Source: a virus
Lineage: Duplodnaviria; Caudoviricetes
IMG/VR virus record: IMGVR_UViG_3300032259_000003
Coordinates: 12,589-76,588 of that record
Strand: one strand, 5' to 3'
DNA: 64,000 nt
Shown here: positions 8,993-17,823 of the stretch, piece after piece
How the letters are laid out: each line of letters opens with the position of its first letter
How positions within the stretch are numbered: position 1 is the first letter of the stretch
Notes under the pieces: model-generated
Database searches by the model: none
What the model saw: the letters and a program-made list of their open reading frames with translations, nothing else
Told to the model about the DNA's origin: nothing
Position numbers and translations under genes: made by a program

Positions 8993-11900
8993 GACAACAC
9001 CGTCCCGACTGCATCCGTATAATCGCTTAGTCCATCTGCTGGGATACTCGTAATTTGTAGGTTGGTCGCATAGCCTTGCAGGTGTGACGTGTTGCTGGTA
9101 TTTAACGCGCCCACAACTGTATTGCCATCACTCAATGTAGTCCCAACCATATCATTGGTCAATACGACGGTATCGGTTGACGTGCCATTGATAAATAATT
9201 CAGCAGTTCCGCCACTGGCCGGTATATCAATCTCAACGAGATAGTTTACCGTAGCGGCGGCGGTGTCAAATGTCATTTGGTTGGTTGCACCGGCGGCGCG
9301 ATAATCGACAATCAACTGGCTGGCCGTTGTGCCAAAATAACCACTGATATAATTATCTGCATCCACGTAAATTAAAAACGCTTGGCATAATGTGGTGCTT
9401 ACCGTATTGGTCGCAGGTTGGACATAAAAACTATATCGCTTGTTATTCATGCTCAAGCTGGTTAATCCAATATTGAGATGTCCCGCGCTTGTGAAGTCTA
9501 TATATTGTTGGGCATTGGGCGCATATAATGCCGATACCGTTGCCGAGCTTAAGGTATCCGCTGAACCGCCACTACTCATCAGATTATTGCCATAGGAATT
9601 ATTGAGTTTGGTTAGTGTATACGTGTCACTGAGATGTTTATACCAGGTCGCGCCGTTTGCCGTTATCAGGTTTGATGCTCGCATAATATCGGTCACGCTT
9701 AGGGCTGATGTGGAATATGAGAATTGAGATAATTTGCCATCTAAGCCCCGGAAGAAACTCCCTTGTGACCCTGTGCCAATGCCAACGATTGAATACGTCC
9801 CTGTACTAAATGCACTTGGCGTTGTATCGGTGTCGGTTAACACGCCATCAACCCACAATTCATAAAGACCTGCACTAACAGAACAGCGCACGACATAATC
9901 ATGTAGGTCGGTGTCTGTTACGGTATAATTTACCAGCATTGAGTCGCTAGGATCTAAACGATAAAATTCAATCCTAGCAGAGCTATTATTCCGATAAAAC
10001 GTTATTTCATTAGACCCGTTTAGATAGAGTCGTGCTAGATACTCAATGTTCCCCGTTGTATTCGTGACGTTATCAAACGCCAGGCGGAAATAAAGGACAA
10101 ACTCATCAGCGTTAAAACTCGATGTAAATGTAGTTGTGTTTAAATTCAAATACCCCGTACTACCATCAAAATTTAACGCATATTGACCAATGCTGTCACG
10201 GACTGTTGATACTGTTAGGTTTGTTCCTGTAACCGTTGTGCCTGTCATATCATCCTCAAACGTCGCGTCTGGCTGTGGAACGAGTGCCAGAGTAGGTGAT
10301 AAAATGCTTTTGAGGTTCGCGTGATAGTTCTTGATAACCATCTCCGCCTGAATCATATCGTTCAGGCTCTCGGTTGCGAGCTGATGCAATTTGGCCATCC
10401 GTTGGAATGTTCCATACCATGCGTCATTTCCGCTGGTGGCTAAATCATTACCATAGATATAATTGCCTGTCCCTGTTGTGCGACCCCCTACGCCCGCCGT
10501 GTCGGTGCTTAATGTATTGGCCGTTGCGTTGGTGTATAGTTCGGCGGTGTCGGTTGCTTCGTCCATGCTTGCAATAACTAACGTGTTGTCACCTAATACA
10601 ATCCCACCGCTAGTCAATTTGGCTTGAAGGTCGGTGGTCACATAATTGACCTCATAATTTAAGCCCGTTGTGCTGGCAAGTTCTAACACATCATTGCTGG
10701 ATAGTTGTTTAAAAAATTTACCGGTTGAATTGCCACCTAGACTATAGGCGTTGCCCTCAAACATCCATGATCCTGAGTCGGTGTTTAATTCTGCGGCATA
10801 GGTTTGCAACAGTGAGCTATCACTCTCTGAGAATAAAAAGCGGTCGCCTTCGACAAGTCGGACTTCGTTAGGTGATAAGTCTCGGCCTGTTCCGAGGCGT
10901 TCCGTCAATGACCCGTTTTTAAAATACATATCGGCATTCAAATAATTCAGAACTTGAATGTCATTTGCAAACCGTTGTGTGTAAGTGTCGTATACCGTCA
11001 TATCAAAATTGTGCGTACCGGCTACAGTAGCATAGTATTTTGTGCCATATTCGGCTTCGGTGGCCAGGGTCACGGCAAGGCTGGCCGTTGTTGCACCATT
11101 TTTATATGCTGTTAGTGCTGTGCCTGCAAAAACAAACTTCAATAATGCACCATCAACCGCCGTTATTGTGCCGATCAATGTCGCGGTCGGGTCATACTCG
11201 TAGACCTCACACGCACCGGCTACCGTAAAACGAAGTTCCACCATCTCCGACACATTAACCGAATGCCGCAGGAATAGACTCGTAACGTCCGTTACGGGAT
11301 CGGCGTTGCTTGTAACCTCAACCGTGTAGTCGGATACGCCTAAGTCACTGACGGCAATGCTCGTAGTCCGCCCGCTGTATGACGCTTGACTCAACGAGTC
11401 GCCCGTAGGTGACAGGTTGTAGAGTGGTGCATCAGCCAACGTCACCGCTAACGCATCATATACCGCTTGCACTTGTGCTTGTGTCTTGGCGACGTTGTAG
11501 AAACCAACGGCATTTATTGCCATACCTTGCTTTAATGGTAATGACCCGTCATTCATTGCACCTATCGTTAACGATGTAAATGCACCACTGATTGACCCTG
11601 CATAGGTGTCGGTATCAGTTACAATACCGTCAGCATGAGGGATATATAAATTATAGGCTGTACTAGCCACTACGGGCGCAATAACAATTAACTCATTTTC
11701 AGGAACTCCGGTTGTAACAGTTGTAACGGTTGTGCCAGTTTGTATATGTGTCGTGGTTAATTGGTTCGCTGCGGTGTGTTGAATTTTAAATTGGTTGTTT
11801 GCGTCCGTATAAAAATGTACAATAGTTTCCGCGGTTGTATCATAAACGCCTAATTTAATGGCAATGATTGCGCTAAACGTGCCAACATCCAAACCTACTG

Positions 11901-12150
11901 CCGTTGGAACACTCGCATACCGCTCACCGTTCCCACGAAACGCCTTCCGCGCTCCGCTGTGGTTGCTGTACGCGGTGTAGTTATGGCCGCCCGTAATCGT
12001 GGCGGTACGTGCGGCTACCTGTTCGGTCATGGTTGCGCCGCTTGACCCGTCCGCGGTGTAGAGGGCTATTGCGCCGTCAAGCATAACATCAAACCACTGA
12101 GCGCCACCGGCCATTAATATAGGTATTGCATACGCTAAATTCCGTAACAT
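8989..12150 (-). CDS. Large multi-LamG (concanavalin-like) protein, putative fibre/receptor-binding protein
   Basis: 1053 aa, Thr/Ser/Ala-rich. LamG-type segments (ALNFDGSTGYL, LTIGAMNDGS...AVGFYN). Homologue at 46052-49603. Confidence 0.72.
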   Translation of the reverse strand: MLRNLAYAIPILMAGGAQWFDVMLDGAIALYTADGSSGATMTEQVAARTATITGGHNYTAYSNHSGARKAFRGNGERYASVPTAVGLDVGTFSAIIAIKLGVYDTTAETIVHFYTDANNQFKIQHTAANQLTTTHIQTGTTVTTVTTGVPENELIVIAPVVASTAYNLYIPHADGIVTDTDTYAGSISGAFTSLTIGAMNDGSLPLKQGMAINAVGFYNVAKTQAQVQAVYDALAVTLADAPLYNLSPTGDSLSQASYSGRTTSIAVSDLGVSDYTVEVTSNADPVTDVTSLFLRHSVNVSEMVELRFTVAGACEVYEYDPTATLIGTITAVDGALLKFVFAGTALTAYKNGATTASLAVTLATEAEYGTKYYATVAGTHNFDMTVYDTYTQRFANDIQVLNYLNADMYFKNGSLTERLGTGRDLSPNEVRLVEGDRFLFSESDSSLLQTYAAELNTDSGSWMFEGNAYSLGGNSTGKFFKQLSSNDVLELASTTGLNYEVNYVTTDLQAKLTSGGIVLGDNTLVIASMDEATDTAELYTNATANTLSTDTAGVGGRTTGTGNYIYGNDLATSGNDAWYGTFQRMAKLHQLATESLNDMIQAEMVIKNYHANLKSILSPTLALVPQPDATFEDDMTGTTVTGTNLTVSTVRDSIGQYALNFDGSTGYLNLNTTTFTSSFNADEFVLYFRLAFDNVTNTTGNIEYLARLYLNGSNEITFYRNNSSARIEFYRLDPSDSMLVNYTVTDTDLHDYVVRCSVSAGLYELWVDGVLTDTDTTPSAFSTGTYSIVGIGTGSQGSFFRGLDGKLSQFSYSTSALSVTDIMRASNLITANGATWYKHLSDTYTLTKLNNSYGNNLMSSGGSADTLSSATVSALYAPNAQQYIDFTSAGHLNIGLTSLSMNNKRYSFYVQPATNTVSTTLCQAFLIYVDADNYISGYFGTTASQLIVDYRAAGATNQMTFDTAAATVNYLVEIDIPASGGTAELFINGTSTDTVVLTNDMVGTTLSDGNTVVGALNTSNTSHLQGYATNLQITSIPADGLSDYTDAVGTVLS

Positions 12151-12170
12151 ACATACACCTGTAAGTTTAA

Positions 12171-12195
12171 AAGCCCTATAGGTTATATAGGGCTT
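12171..12195 (-). terminator. 10-bp perfect hairpin in the leader of the LamG gene (terminator/attenuator-like)
   Basis: AAGCCCTATA-ggtta-TATAGGGCTT, followed by TTAAAC on the minus strand. Conserved at 49624-49649. Confidence 0.55.
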
Positions 12196-12283
12196 CGCAA
12201 AGGAGGAGAGTAAATATATTTATGACTCTACTCCCATTATATCACATTTTACTTATAGTCATTCCGCTATTATTACAATAACA

Positions 12284-12679
12284 TTACAATGACAATTCAA
12301 TATCCGCTATCACTTCGCTTGCAAACTCTAAAATGCCTTTAACGTCGCGCCAGGTGTAATGACTTTTAAAGCGGATAGACATACATCGTGCAATGTCCGC
12401 CTGCAATTGTTGACCTCTCAATACACTACCCAGCATATATTTACGTTCCAACCGTAGCGCATAACGCTCTTCAACGCCTAGATAATTGCGATATGTGCGG
12501 TGTCGGTTCTCACTCGCATTGCTAAAGCGCCGCTTACCGAAGGCTTGAAAATTGATATTCTGAAATGCCGCGCGTTCTATTGCGAAGCTGTTATGTGTAT
12601 TGAGATGATACTCCGGCAGGGTGACAATATCATTTAATAGCGTTGGGTTGGCTCTAATGGCCTGTATAATATCGTTCAA
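12284..12679 (-). CDS. Putative late transcription regulator
   Basis: 131 aa, TTG start after AGGAG, C-terminal HTH-like segment, last gene before the late operon. Homologue at 49739-50134. Function inferred from position. Confidence 0.45.
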   Translation of the reverse strand: MNDIIQAIRANPTLLNDIVTLPEYHLNTHNSFAIERAAFQNINFQAFGKRRFSNASENRHRTYRNYLGVEERYALRLERKYMLGSVLRGQQLQADIARCMSIRFKSHYTWRDVKGILEFASEVIADIELSL

Positions 12680-12770
12680 ATGTAGCTCCTCTCTTATCTT
12701 ACATAGTATAACACATTATTGAATCGTTCCTTGTTTGGGTTAATTTGTGATAAACTTGGGATAACACACA

Positions 12771-12845
12771 ACCCACCTATACCCACCTATACCCACCTAC
12801 AACCATTAACACCCACCCGTACTTTTTTTGTGGAGTGGGTGTTAA
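12771..12845. repeat. ACCCACCTAT tandem repeat plus TTAACACCCAC/GTGGGTGTTAA inverted repeat
   Basis: Three 10-bp units and an 11-bp stem, seen directly. Equivalent region at about 50228-50302. Confidence 0.75.
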
Positions 12846-12859
12846 CACGGTAGGGTAGG

Positions 12860-13231
12860 TTAACCGGTTCGTTTTTGTTTGTGACGCTCGGCGCTCTCTT
12901 CGTGATACTCTAAAATTTTAAAATACTCATTGGCTAACGTGGTGCGGTCGTCAATCGCTCTATTTTTTGTTACCACACCATACACCACAACATCACGCAT
13001 TTTTTTAGTCCGTACGATCTGGTTCTTTTTACCGACAGCTTTGACCATACCGCGCGACCGCAACTCTTCCAGGCCGCGACGGCTCCGGTTGCCTTTACCC
13101 TGACTATACCGTTCTGACACATCGTACTGAGTCGCGTCGCCGTAACGAATAAAACCGGTTAATACCTCAATGCACCGCTGTAATTGCGCCATACGTGCGA
13201 CCCGTTGATTATAGTTAAATTCTCCGGCCAT
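12860..13231 (-). CDS. Hypothetical protein, winged-helix-like and basic
   Basis: 123 aa; near-identical homologue at 50317-50688. Confidence 0.65.
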   Translation of the reverse strand: MAGEFNYNQRVARMAQLQRCIEVLTGFIRYGDATQYDVSERYSQGKGNRSRRGLEELRSRGMVKAVGKKNQIVRTKKMRDVVVYGVVTKNRAIDDRTTLANEYFKILEYHEESAERHKQKRTG

Positions 13232-13482
13232 TAGTCGATCCCTTCCAGCGCGTCGCGCCCTAATGTATAATCGAGTTCATGTAAATAGAGTAGTGCATCT
13301 TGCCGCGCGTCGTCATCTTCAATTTGCCGTATAACCTCTGCCATAAAATCAATATGTTCTATTAGGTCATCCGATGTCATCTGTACGCAATTAATACACA
13401 ATCGCAAATCATGGTAGGCGTATAAATAGTTACCCTGCTCGATCTCGTGGTTGGCTTGTTGGATGTATCCGTCACGTGTCAT
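13231..13482 (-). CDS. Hypothetical protein
   Basis: 83 aa; homologue at 50688-50939. Confidence 0.7.
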   Translation of the reverse strand: MTRDGYIQQANHEIEQGNYLYAYHDLRLCINCVQMTSDDLIEHIDFMAEVIRQIEDDDARQDALLYLHELDYTLGRDALEGID

Positions 13483-14000
13483 GACCCCTTATCCTCTCCG
13501 TATAAAAACGTATTCAGCAAATCAATACTGCCTAACCCGACTTTGACATACAGGCTATCGGCGCTCTTTTTTGCAATCACTCTGGCGCGAAAGTCGGCAT
13601 ATGTCCCCCAAAAACAGCCCGTTTTAACCATCAGCATATCAGCATGTTCAACAGCATAGACCAGATCATCACGCGACGACATGCCAGCGATATAGAACAA
13701 ATGGATACCTTTCGCCCCATAGAAATTCGCACGTGTCAGATTCGCACGTGTCAGATCCGCGCCGGTCAAATGCGCGTGTGCCATATTTGCGTCTACCAGA
13801 TACGCGTGTGCCAGGTCCGCTTTTGACAGATCCGCACGTATCAGCTTCGCGCCTCTCAGATACGCCCGTGTCAGATTCGCACGTGTCAGATCCGCGCCTG
13901 TGAGATTCGCGCCTTTGAGATCCGCACGATAGAGATTCGCGCCTGAAAGATCCGCGCTCGGCTTAATATCGTATTCTTTACCATTAATTTCCTTTATCAT
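13479..14000 (-). CDS. Pentapeptide-repeat protein
   Basis: A(D/N)LxxA repeats plus a C-terminal domain shared with 24285-24941. Confidence 0.9.
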   Translation of the reverse strand: MIKEINGKEYDIKPSADLSGANLYRADLKGANLTGADLTRANLTRAYLRGAKLIRADLSKADLAHAYLVDANMAHAHLTGADLTRANLTRANFYGAKGIHLFYIAGMSSRDDLVYAVEHADMLMVKTGCFWGTYADFRARVIAKKSADSLYVKVGLGSIDLLNTFLYGEDKGS

Positions 14001-14215
14001 AATGCCTTATCCTTTCTTATAAAGCGCTTCCATTCCCCATTAGTAATCTCATCGCGTAACATCGACCACACATCACGCATATTATTTAGCGTAAATAATA
14101 AGCGGCTGACGGCTATCGGGTCATGTAGTCCGATATGGTCTCGCTCATCCCGGTACAACATGGCATAGGTCGCGTCCGGGTTAATCCAAATTGTACAAAA
14201 TTCATCAATATTCAT
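13997..14215 (-). CDS. Hypothetical protein
   Basis: 72 aa; homologue at 51130-51348. Confidence 0.7.
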   Translation of the reverse strand: MNIDEFCTIWINPDATYAMLYRDERDHIGLHDPIAVSRLLFTLNNMRDVWSMLRDEITNGEWKRFIRKDKAL

Positions 14216-14248
14216 AATGCTTATCCTTTGTAATTATTCTATGCTCTA

Positions 14249-14277
14249 ATGATAGCATACACTATTAGATAGTGCAA
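14249..14277 (-). promoter_or_regulatory. Sigma70-like promoter TTGCAC-N17-TATCAT
   Basis: Correct spacing; identical at 51382-51410. A TATGCT/AGCATA inverted repeat brackets the -10. Confidence 0.65.
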
Positions 14278-14622
14278 CTAACCCAAGTCTATAACCTTCA
14301 ACGCCTTTAAATTCACGCCGTTACACGTTCCCCTCGGATGGACTAAGTAGGCGTAACGCTCTCCGCCATAGTGGACTATGCGCGTTATCGTTGCCCCGTA
14401 ATATGCACATTGCCTAATTACGGTTAACCCAATAAACGGGTGCGCTTTTGGCGCAGGTAATAAACCAGCGATAACCGGCGCGGTCAATAGGGGGGGGTAT
14501 GTTTTTGGCGGCGTGGGTGCGATATTACACGGGCGCGCTTGCGGTGGCGTGACATATGTTAGCGCATCCGCAAAACTTAGAAATTTTGTGCGTGGTTGGG
14601 TGTTACTGTAACTTAAATTCAT
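14278..14622 (-). CDS. Hypothetical protein
   Basis: 114 aa; homologue at 52491-52835. Confidence 0.7.
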   Translation of the reverse strand: MNLSYSNTQPRTKFLSFADALTYVTPPQARPCNIAPTPPKTYPPLLTAPVIAGLLPAPKAHPFIGLTVIRQCAYYGATITRIVHYGGERYAYLVHPRGTCNGVNLKALKVIDLG

Positions 14623-14655
14623 GATACCTTATCCTTTTTTGAATAGTGCAACTAA

Positions 14656-15678
14656 TTAGAATAACGGCAATTGGTTGGCTTCCCAATCGGTAGCAATGCG
14701 CTTCTCTGCCATCGCTATATATTCCGGGTTAACCTCACATCCGATATAATGACGGTTTAGGCATTTAGCCACTAGCCCAACCGTTCCGGCTCCCATGAAT
14801 GGGTCAATAACTACATCGCCGCGTTTACTTCCGGCCTTGATGCAAATCTCGGGTAATTCAGGGGGGAACGTTGCAAAATGCGCACCTTTGTAGCCTTTTG
14901 TAGATATGTTCCACACAGAACGCTTGTTTGCAAGTGATGGATAATTATATTCATCTCCATTAGCGCGGGCTTGGTGCATCGTGTGTAAGGATTGTCCCTT
15001 GTATTCTAAATTCTTATGGTTGTCGCTTCGTCCTCTTTTGTACCGTTCATCCGTGTTTTCTTTTATCGGTGTTGCTATTGCATCCCTATCATAATAATAC
15101 TGTGCTGACTTCGACAATAAGAATATGTATTCATGCGCTTTGGTCGGTCTATCGGTTACGCTCTCCGGCATGGGATTCGGTTTATTCCAAACGTTATCCA
15201 TTCTTACCCACCACCCTGCATCCTGTAGCGCAATCGCTACACGGTGCGGAACTAGCATAAGGTCTTTATTCTTGAAACCCTGAGTTTTTAATGATCTTGT
15301 ATTTCGTGTTACAGATAACCCTTTTGGTATAATGTGTGCCTCTTCATTTTTCCCACCAATGGCAAGCGTTTGCGCTACTCCTTTACAATCTTTATGAGAG
15401 GAAAACGAATCACCCAAATTGAGCCAGAATACACCGTCAGGTTTTAATACCCGTCTCAATTCCTCGAATATCATAACCAGCTTATCAATGTATTCCTGTA
15501 AGGTTGGCTCAAGACCAAGCTGTCCGCCCACGCCATAATCACGAAGTCCATAGTAAGGGGGACTTGTAACGCAGCATTGCGCGTAATCCGACGGTAATGC
15601 CTTCAAGAAGTTTAGCGCGTCCATGTTGTAAATTTTGTCGTGTAACGTTTTTGTGTGGTGCATTGGTAGTAAATTCAT
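14656..15678 (-). CDS. DNA N4-cytosine/N6-adenine methyltransferase (beta class)
   Basis: Catalytic VTSPPY precedes the SAM-binding DPFMGAGT motif. Confidence 0.92.
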   Translation of the reverse strand: MNLLPMHHTKTLHDKIYNMDALNFLKALPSDYAQCCVTSPPYYGLRDYGVGGQLGLEPTLQEYIDKLVMIFEELRRVLKPDGVFWLNLGDSFSSHKDCKGVAQTLAIGGKNEEAHIIPKGLSVTRNTRSLKTQGFKNKDLMLVPHRVAIALQDAGWWVRMDNVWNKPNPMPESVTDRPTKAHEYIFLLSKSAQYYYDRDAIATPIKENTDERYKRGRSDNHKNLEYKGQSLHTMHQARANGDEYNYPSLANKRSVWNISTKGYKGAHFATFPPELPEICIKAGSKRGDVVIDPFMGAGTVGLVAKCLNRHYIGCEVNPEYIAMAEKRIATDWEANQLPLF

Positions 15679-17606
15679 GATACTTTATCCTTTAGTGATT
15701 GATGCCCGGCATATCCCGGAACAAAATAATATTTAGGGTTATATAGCCATGACTTATCGGGGTCGGTCTCGAATCGCAAGCGGTGCGGTATCATCTCCAT
15801 AGGGATACGTTTTACAATTTTGCCGTCTTCAAATGGCCGGTTGCCTACGCTGGCTTTTACAATATCGAGCCAAAAGCAAGGGGTCTCCTGCCATTGCTCA
15901 TCCTCGGACTGACTAAAGACCTGGTTAATCATATAACCGGTGTTGGCCTTATCGAATCGGATATAATTCGCGTCGGTTGCTCTTAGTGGTTTGCCGGCTT
16001 CTTTATCGGCTTGAGCGACTTTGTTAACCTGCGTGGACATGACGATATGCACATTATTCTGTATAGCGAATCGCTTCACATCCTCAAATGCTTGCTCGTA
16101 TCTATTGATGGCGGAGTCGCTTGGCTTGGCGTTTAATAGTTGCGCGTAATCAAAGAAGACGATCCATATACGCTGACCCTGAGCGCGTTTGCTCTCTAAT
16201 ACCAATTGCATATCGGCTAGGGTCTCGTCAAGCGTGTCCTTCATCTCGAAATAGTCCGTTTTGCCGGTCCAGGCTTGTATCCGCATACGCGCTTCTCCGA
16301 GTGCTTCCATGTGTAACGAGCTTAACTTACGGCCAACCTGCTTCACATTATCTTGCTTCGATCCGAGATAAGCAAAGTGGTCCATCAGTTCCGACAATGT
16401 GATAGCGCGCGGTTTATTATCCACTCTTGATATATAATTGCCGGCATGACGGACCAACGCGCGGCACATCATCTCCGTTTTGCTCCACTCCGGACCCCAC
16501 CATAGGACATTCTCCCCGCGCATGTTTAGCCCGTCTTTGATCGTCTCTAAAAATTGCGTTTTGCCGGTCCCTGTACCGCCACCAATTAAAGTGGTTTTGC
16601 CCGTAATAAAATATTTGATGGTTCCCTCGAATAAGTGTAGGGCGATGATAGGGTTTAGAATGTATCGTTCTACGATAGGCTTCTCTTCTAGCAATGTGAG
16701 GAAGATGCTATCTAAAATTGCGTCACTAGAATTTGCGCCACTCAAGACCGGGTCGGGTTCGGGCTTCGGGTTCTGTTCGTCTGATAATTTAAGCAATTGT
16801 TTGAGACTATCGCCCTCATATAACTTGCAATAGTCCGCTAGGTCGCCATGCTCCGACAGGGGCATATCCACCAATTCAATCATGGGTATTTGCGCTTTTA
16901 CCTTTTTGGATACCGCCGCGCCTTTGTCATCCTTATCATAGGCGTATAGTATCCGGCCTTGCCACTTCTCACTAAGTTCTGTGAGTAGTTCGGGTTTGAT
17001 AGCATGTTCTCCGCCGGTTTGAGCAAAGGCCGGTACACCGTGGTACTGTGCCGATATGGTGCTGATCTCTCCATTGCATAACACAATTACGCCTTTACCC
17101 ATGGCTATCGCTTTATCGAGCCAATACCAACACGCCTTATACCCTGGCGATGATATATACTTGTCTTTTTTGCTGCCGTCAGCATTTACAAGGTTATCAA
17201 GGAACCGATAACGTAGGCCTGTATCGGTCGGATACATGGCGGCTCTCCGGCCCTTATGGGTGCACAATTCCCATTTGGCCGCTTCTAATGCTTTGCCGGG
17301 TATGCCGTGATCCTGCCCTAGTGCATTAAGGTCGATATATTCTTTGGTTGTATCGGTCGCAGGGTGTAAACCGTGTTCGGGTGTCTCAATGCCTAACTTT
17401 TTGGCCAGGTCGTATAGGCTACCCTCATCTTCTCCGGCGTGATACTTAAATGCACCGTGTTCTCCGTCTAACGCGACCGTTATTTTAAATGACATGCTAT
17501 CTGACCCCGGCTTGGTTGGATGGTTACATATCCATTGTCCGTTTTGATATTTGAGTGGGCCGCGGCTCTCCAGGTTCGCTTTGATCTTATCCCAGGTTGT
17601 CATCAT
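15675..17606 (-). CDS. Primase-helicase fusion (TOPRIM + SF4/DnaB-like helicase)
   Basis: TOPRIM-like segment with AYDKDDKG, Walker A GGGTGTGKT, FFDYAQL, STQVNK. Confidence 0.85.
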   Translation of the reverse strand: MMTTWDKIKANLESRGPLKYQNGQWICNHPTKPGSDSMSFKITVALDGEHGAFKYHAGEDEGSLYDLAKKLGIETPEHGLHPATDTTKEYIDLNALGQDHGIPGKALEAAKWELCTHKGRRAAMYPTDTGLRYRFLDNLVNADGSKKDKYISSPGYKACWYWLDKAIAMGKGVIVLCNGEISTISAQYHGVPAFAQTGGEHAIKPELLTELSEKWQGRILYAYDKDDKGAAVSKKVKAQIPMIELVDMPLSEHGDLADYCKLYEGDSLKQLLKLSDEQNPKPEPDPVLSGANSSDAILDSIFLTLLEEKPIVERYILNPIIALHLFEGTIKYFITGKTTLIGGGTGTGKTQFLETIKDGLNMRGENVLWWGPEWSKTEMMCRALVRHAGNYISRVDNKPRAITLSELMDHFAYLGSKQDNVKQVGRKLSSLHMEALGEARMRIQAWTGKTDYFEMKDTLDETLADMQLVLESKRAQGQRIWIVFFDYAQLLNAKPSDSAINRYEQAFEDVKRFAIQNNVHIVMSTQVNKVAQADKEAGKPLRATDANYIRFDKANTGYMINQVFSQSEDEQWQETPCFWLDIVKASVGNRPFEDGKIVKRIPMEMIPHRLRFETDPDKSWLYNPKYYFVPGYAGHQSLKDKVS

Positions 17607-17818
17607 TGCCCTCTCAGGTTGGTTAGTTTGCGGTCAATATGTATCAGTTCGCGGTGTAGCGCGGTCAATACCTGGTTACATTCCCGCGCGGTTACGGGTA
17701 TGCCTTGAATGGTTTCCCGCTCTTCTCTGAGTATTTTCCACTCATCAATGAGGCGTTGTGTGTCAGTTTCCCATTGTTCGTAATAGAGAATTGTCGCCAT
17801 GTTATCATATGCACCCAT
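17603..17818 (-). CDS. Hypothetical protein
   Basis: 71 aa; C-terminus shared with 55984-56202. Confidence 0.65.
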   Translation of the reverse strand: MGAYDNMATILYYEQWETDTQRLIDEWKILREERETIQGIPVTARECNQVLTALHRELIHIDRKLTNLRGQ

Positions 17819-17823
17819 TGTCC

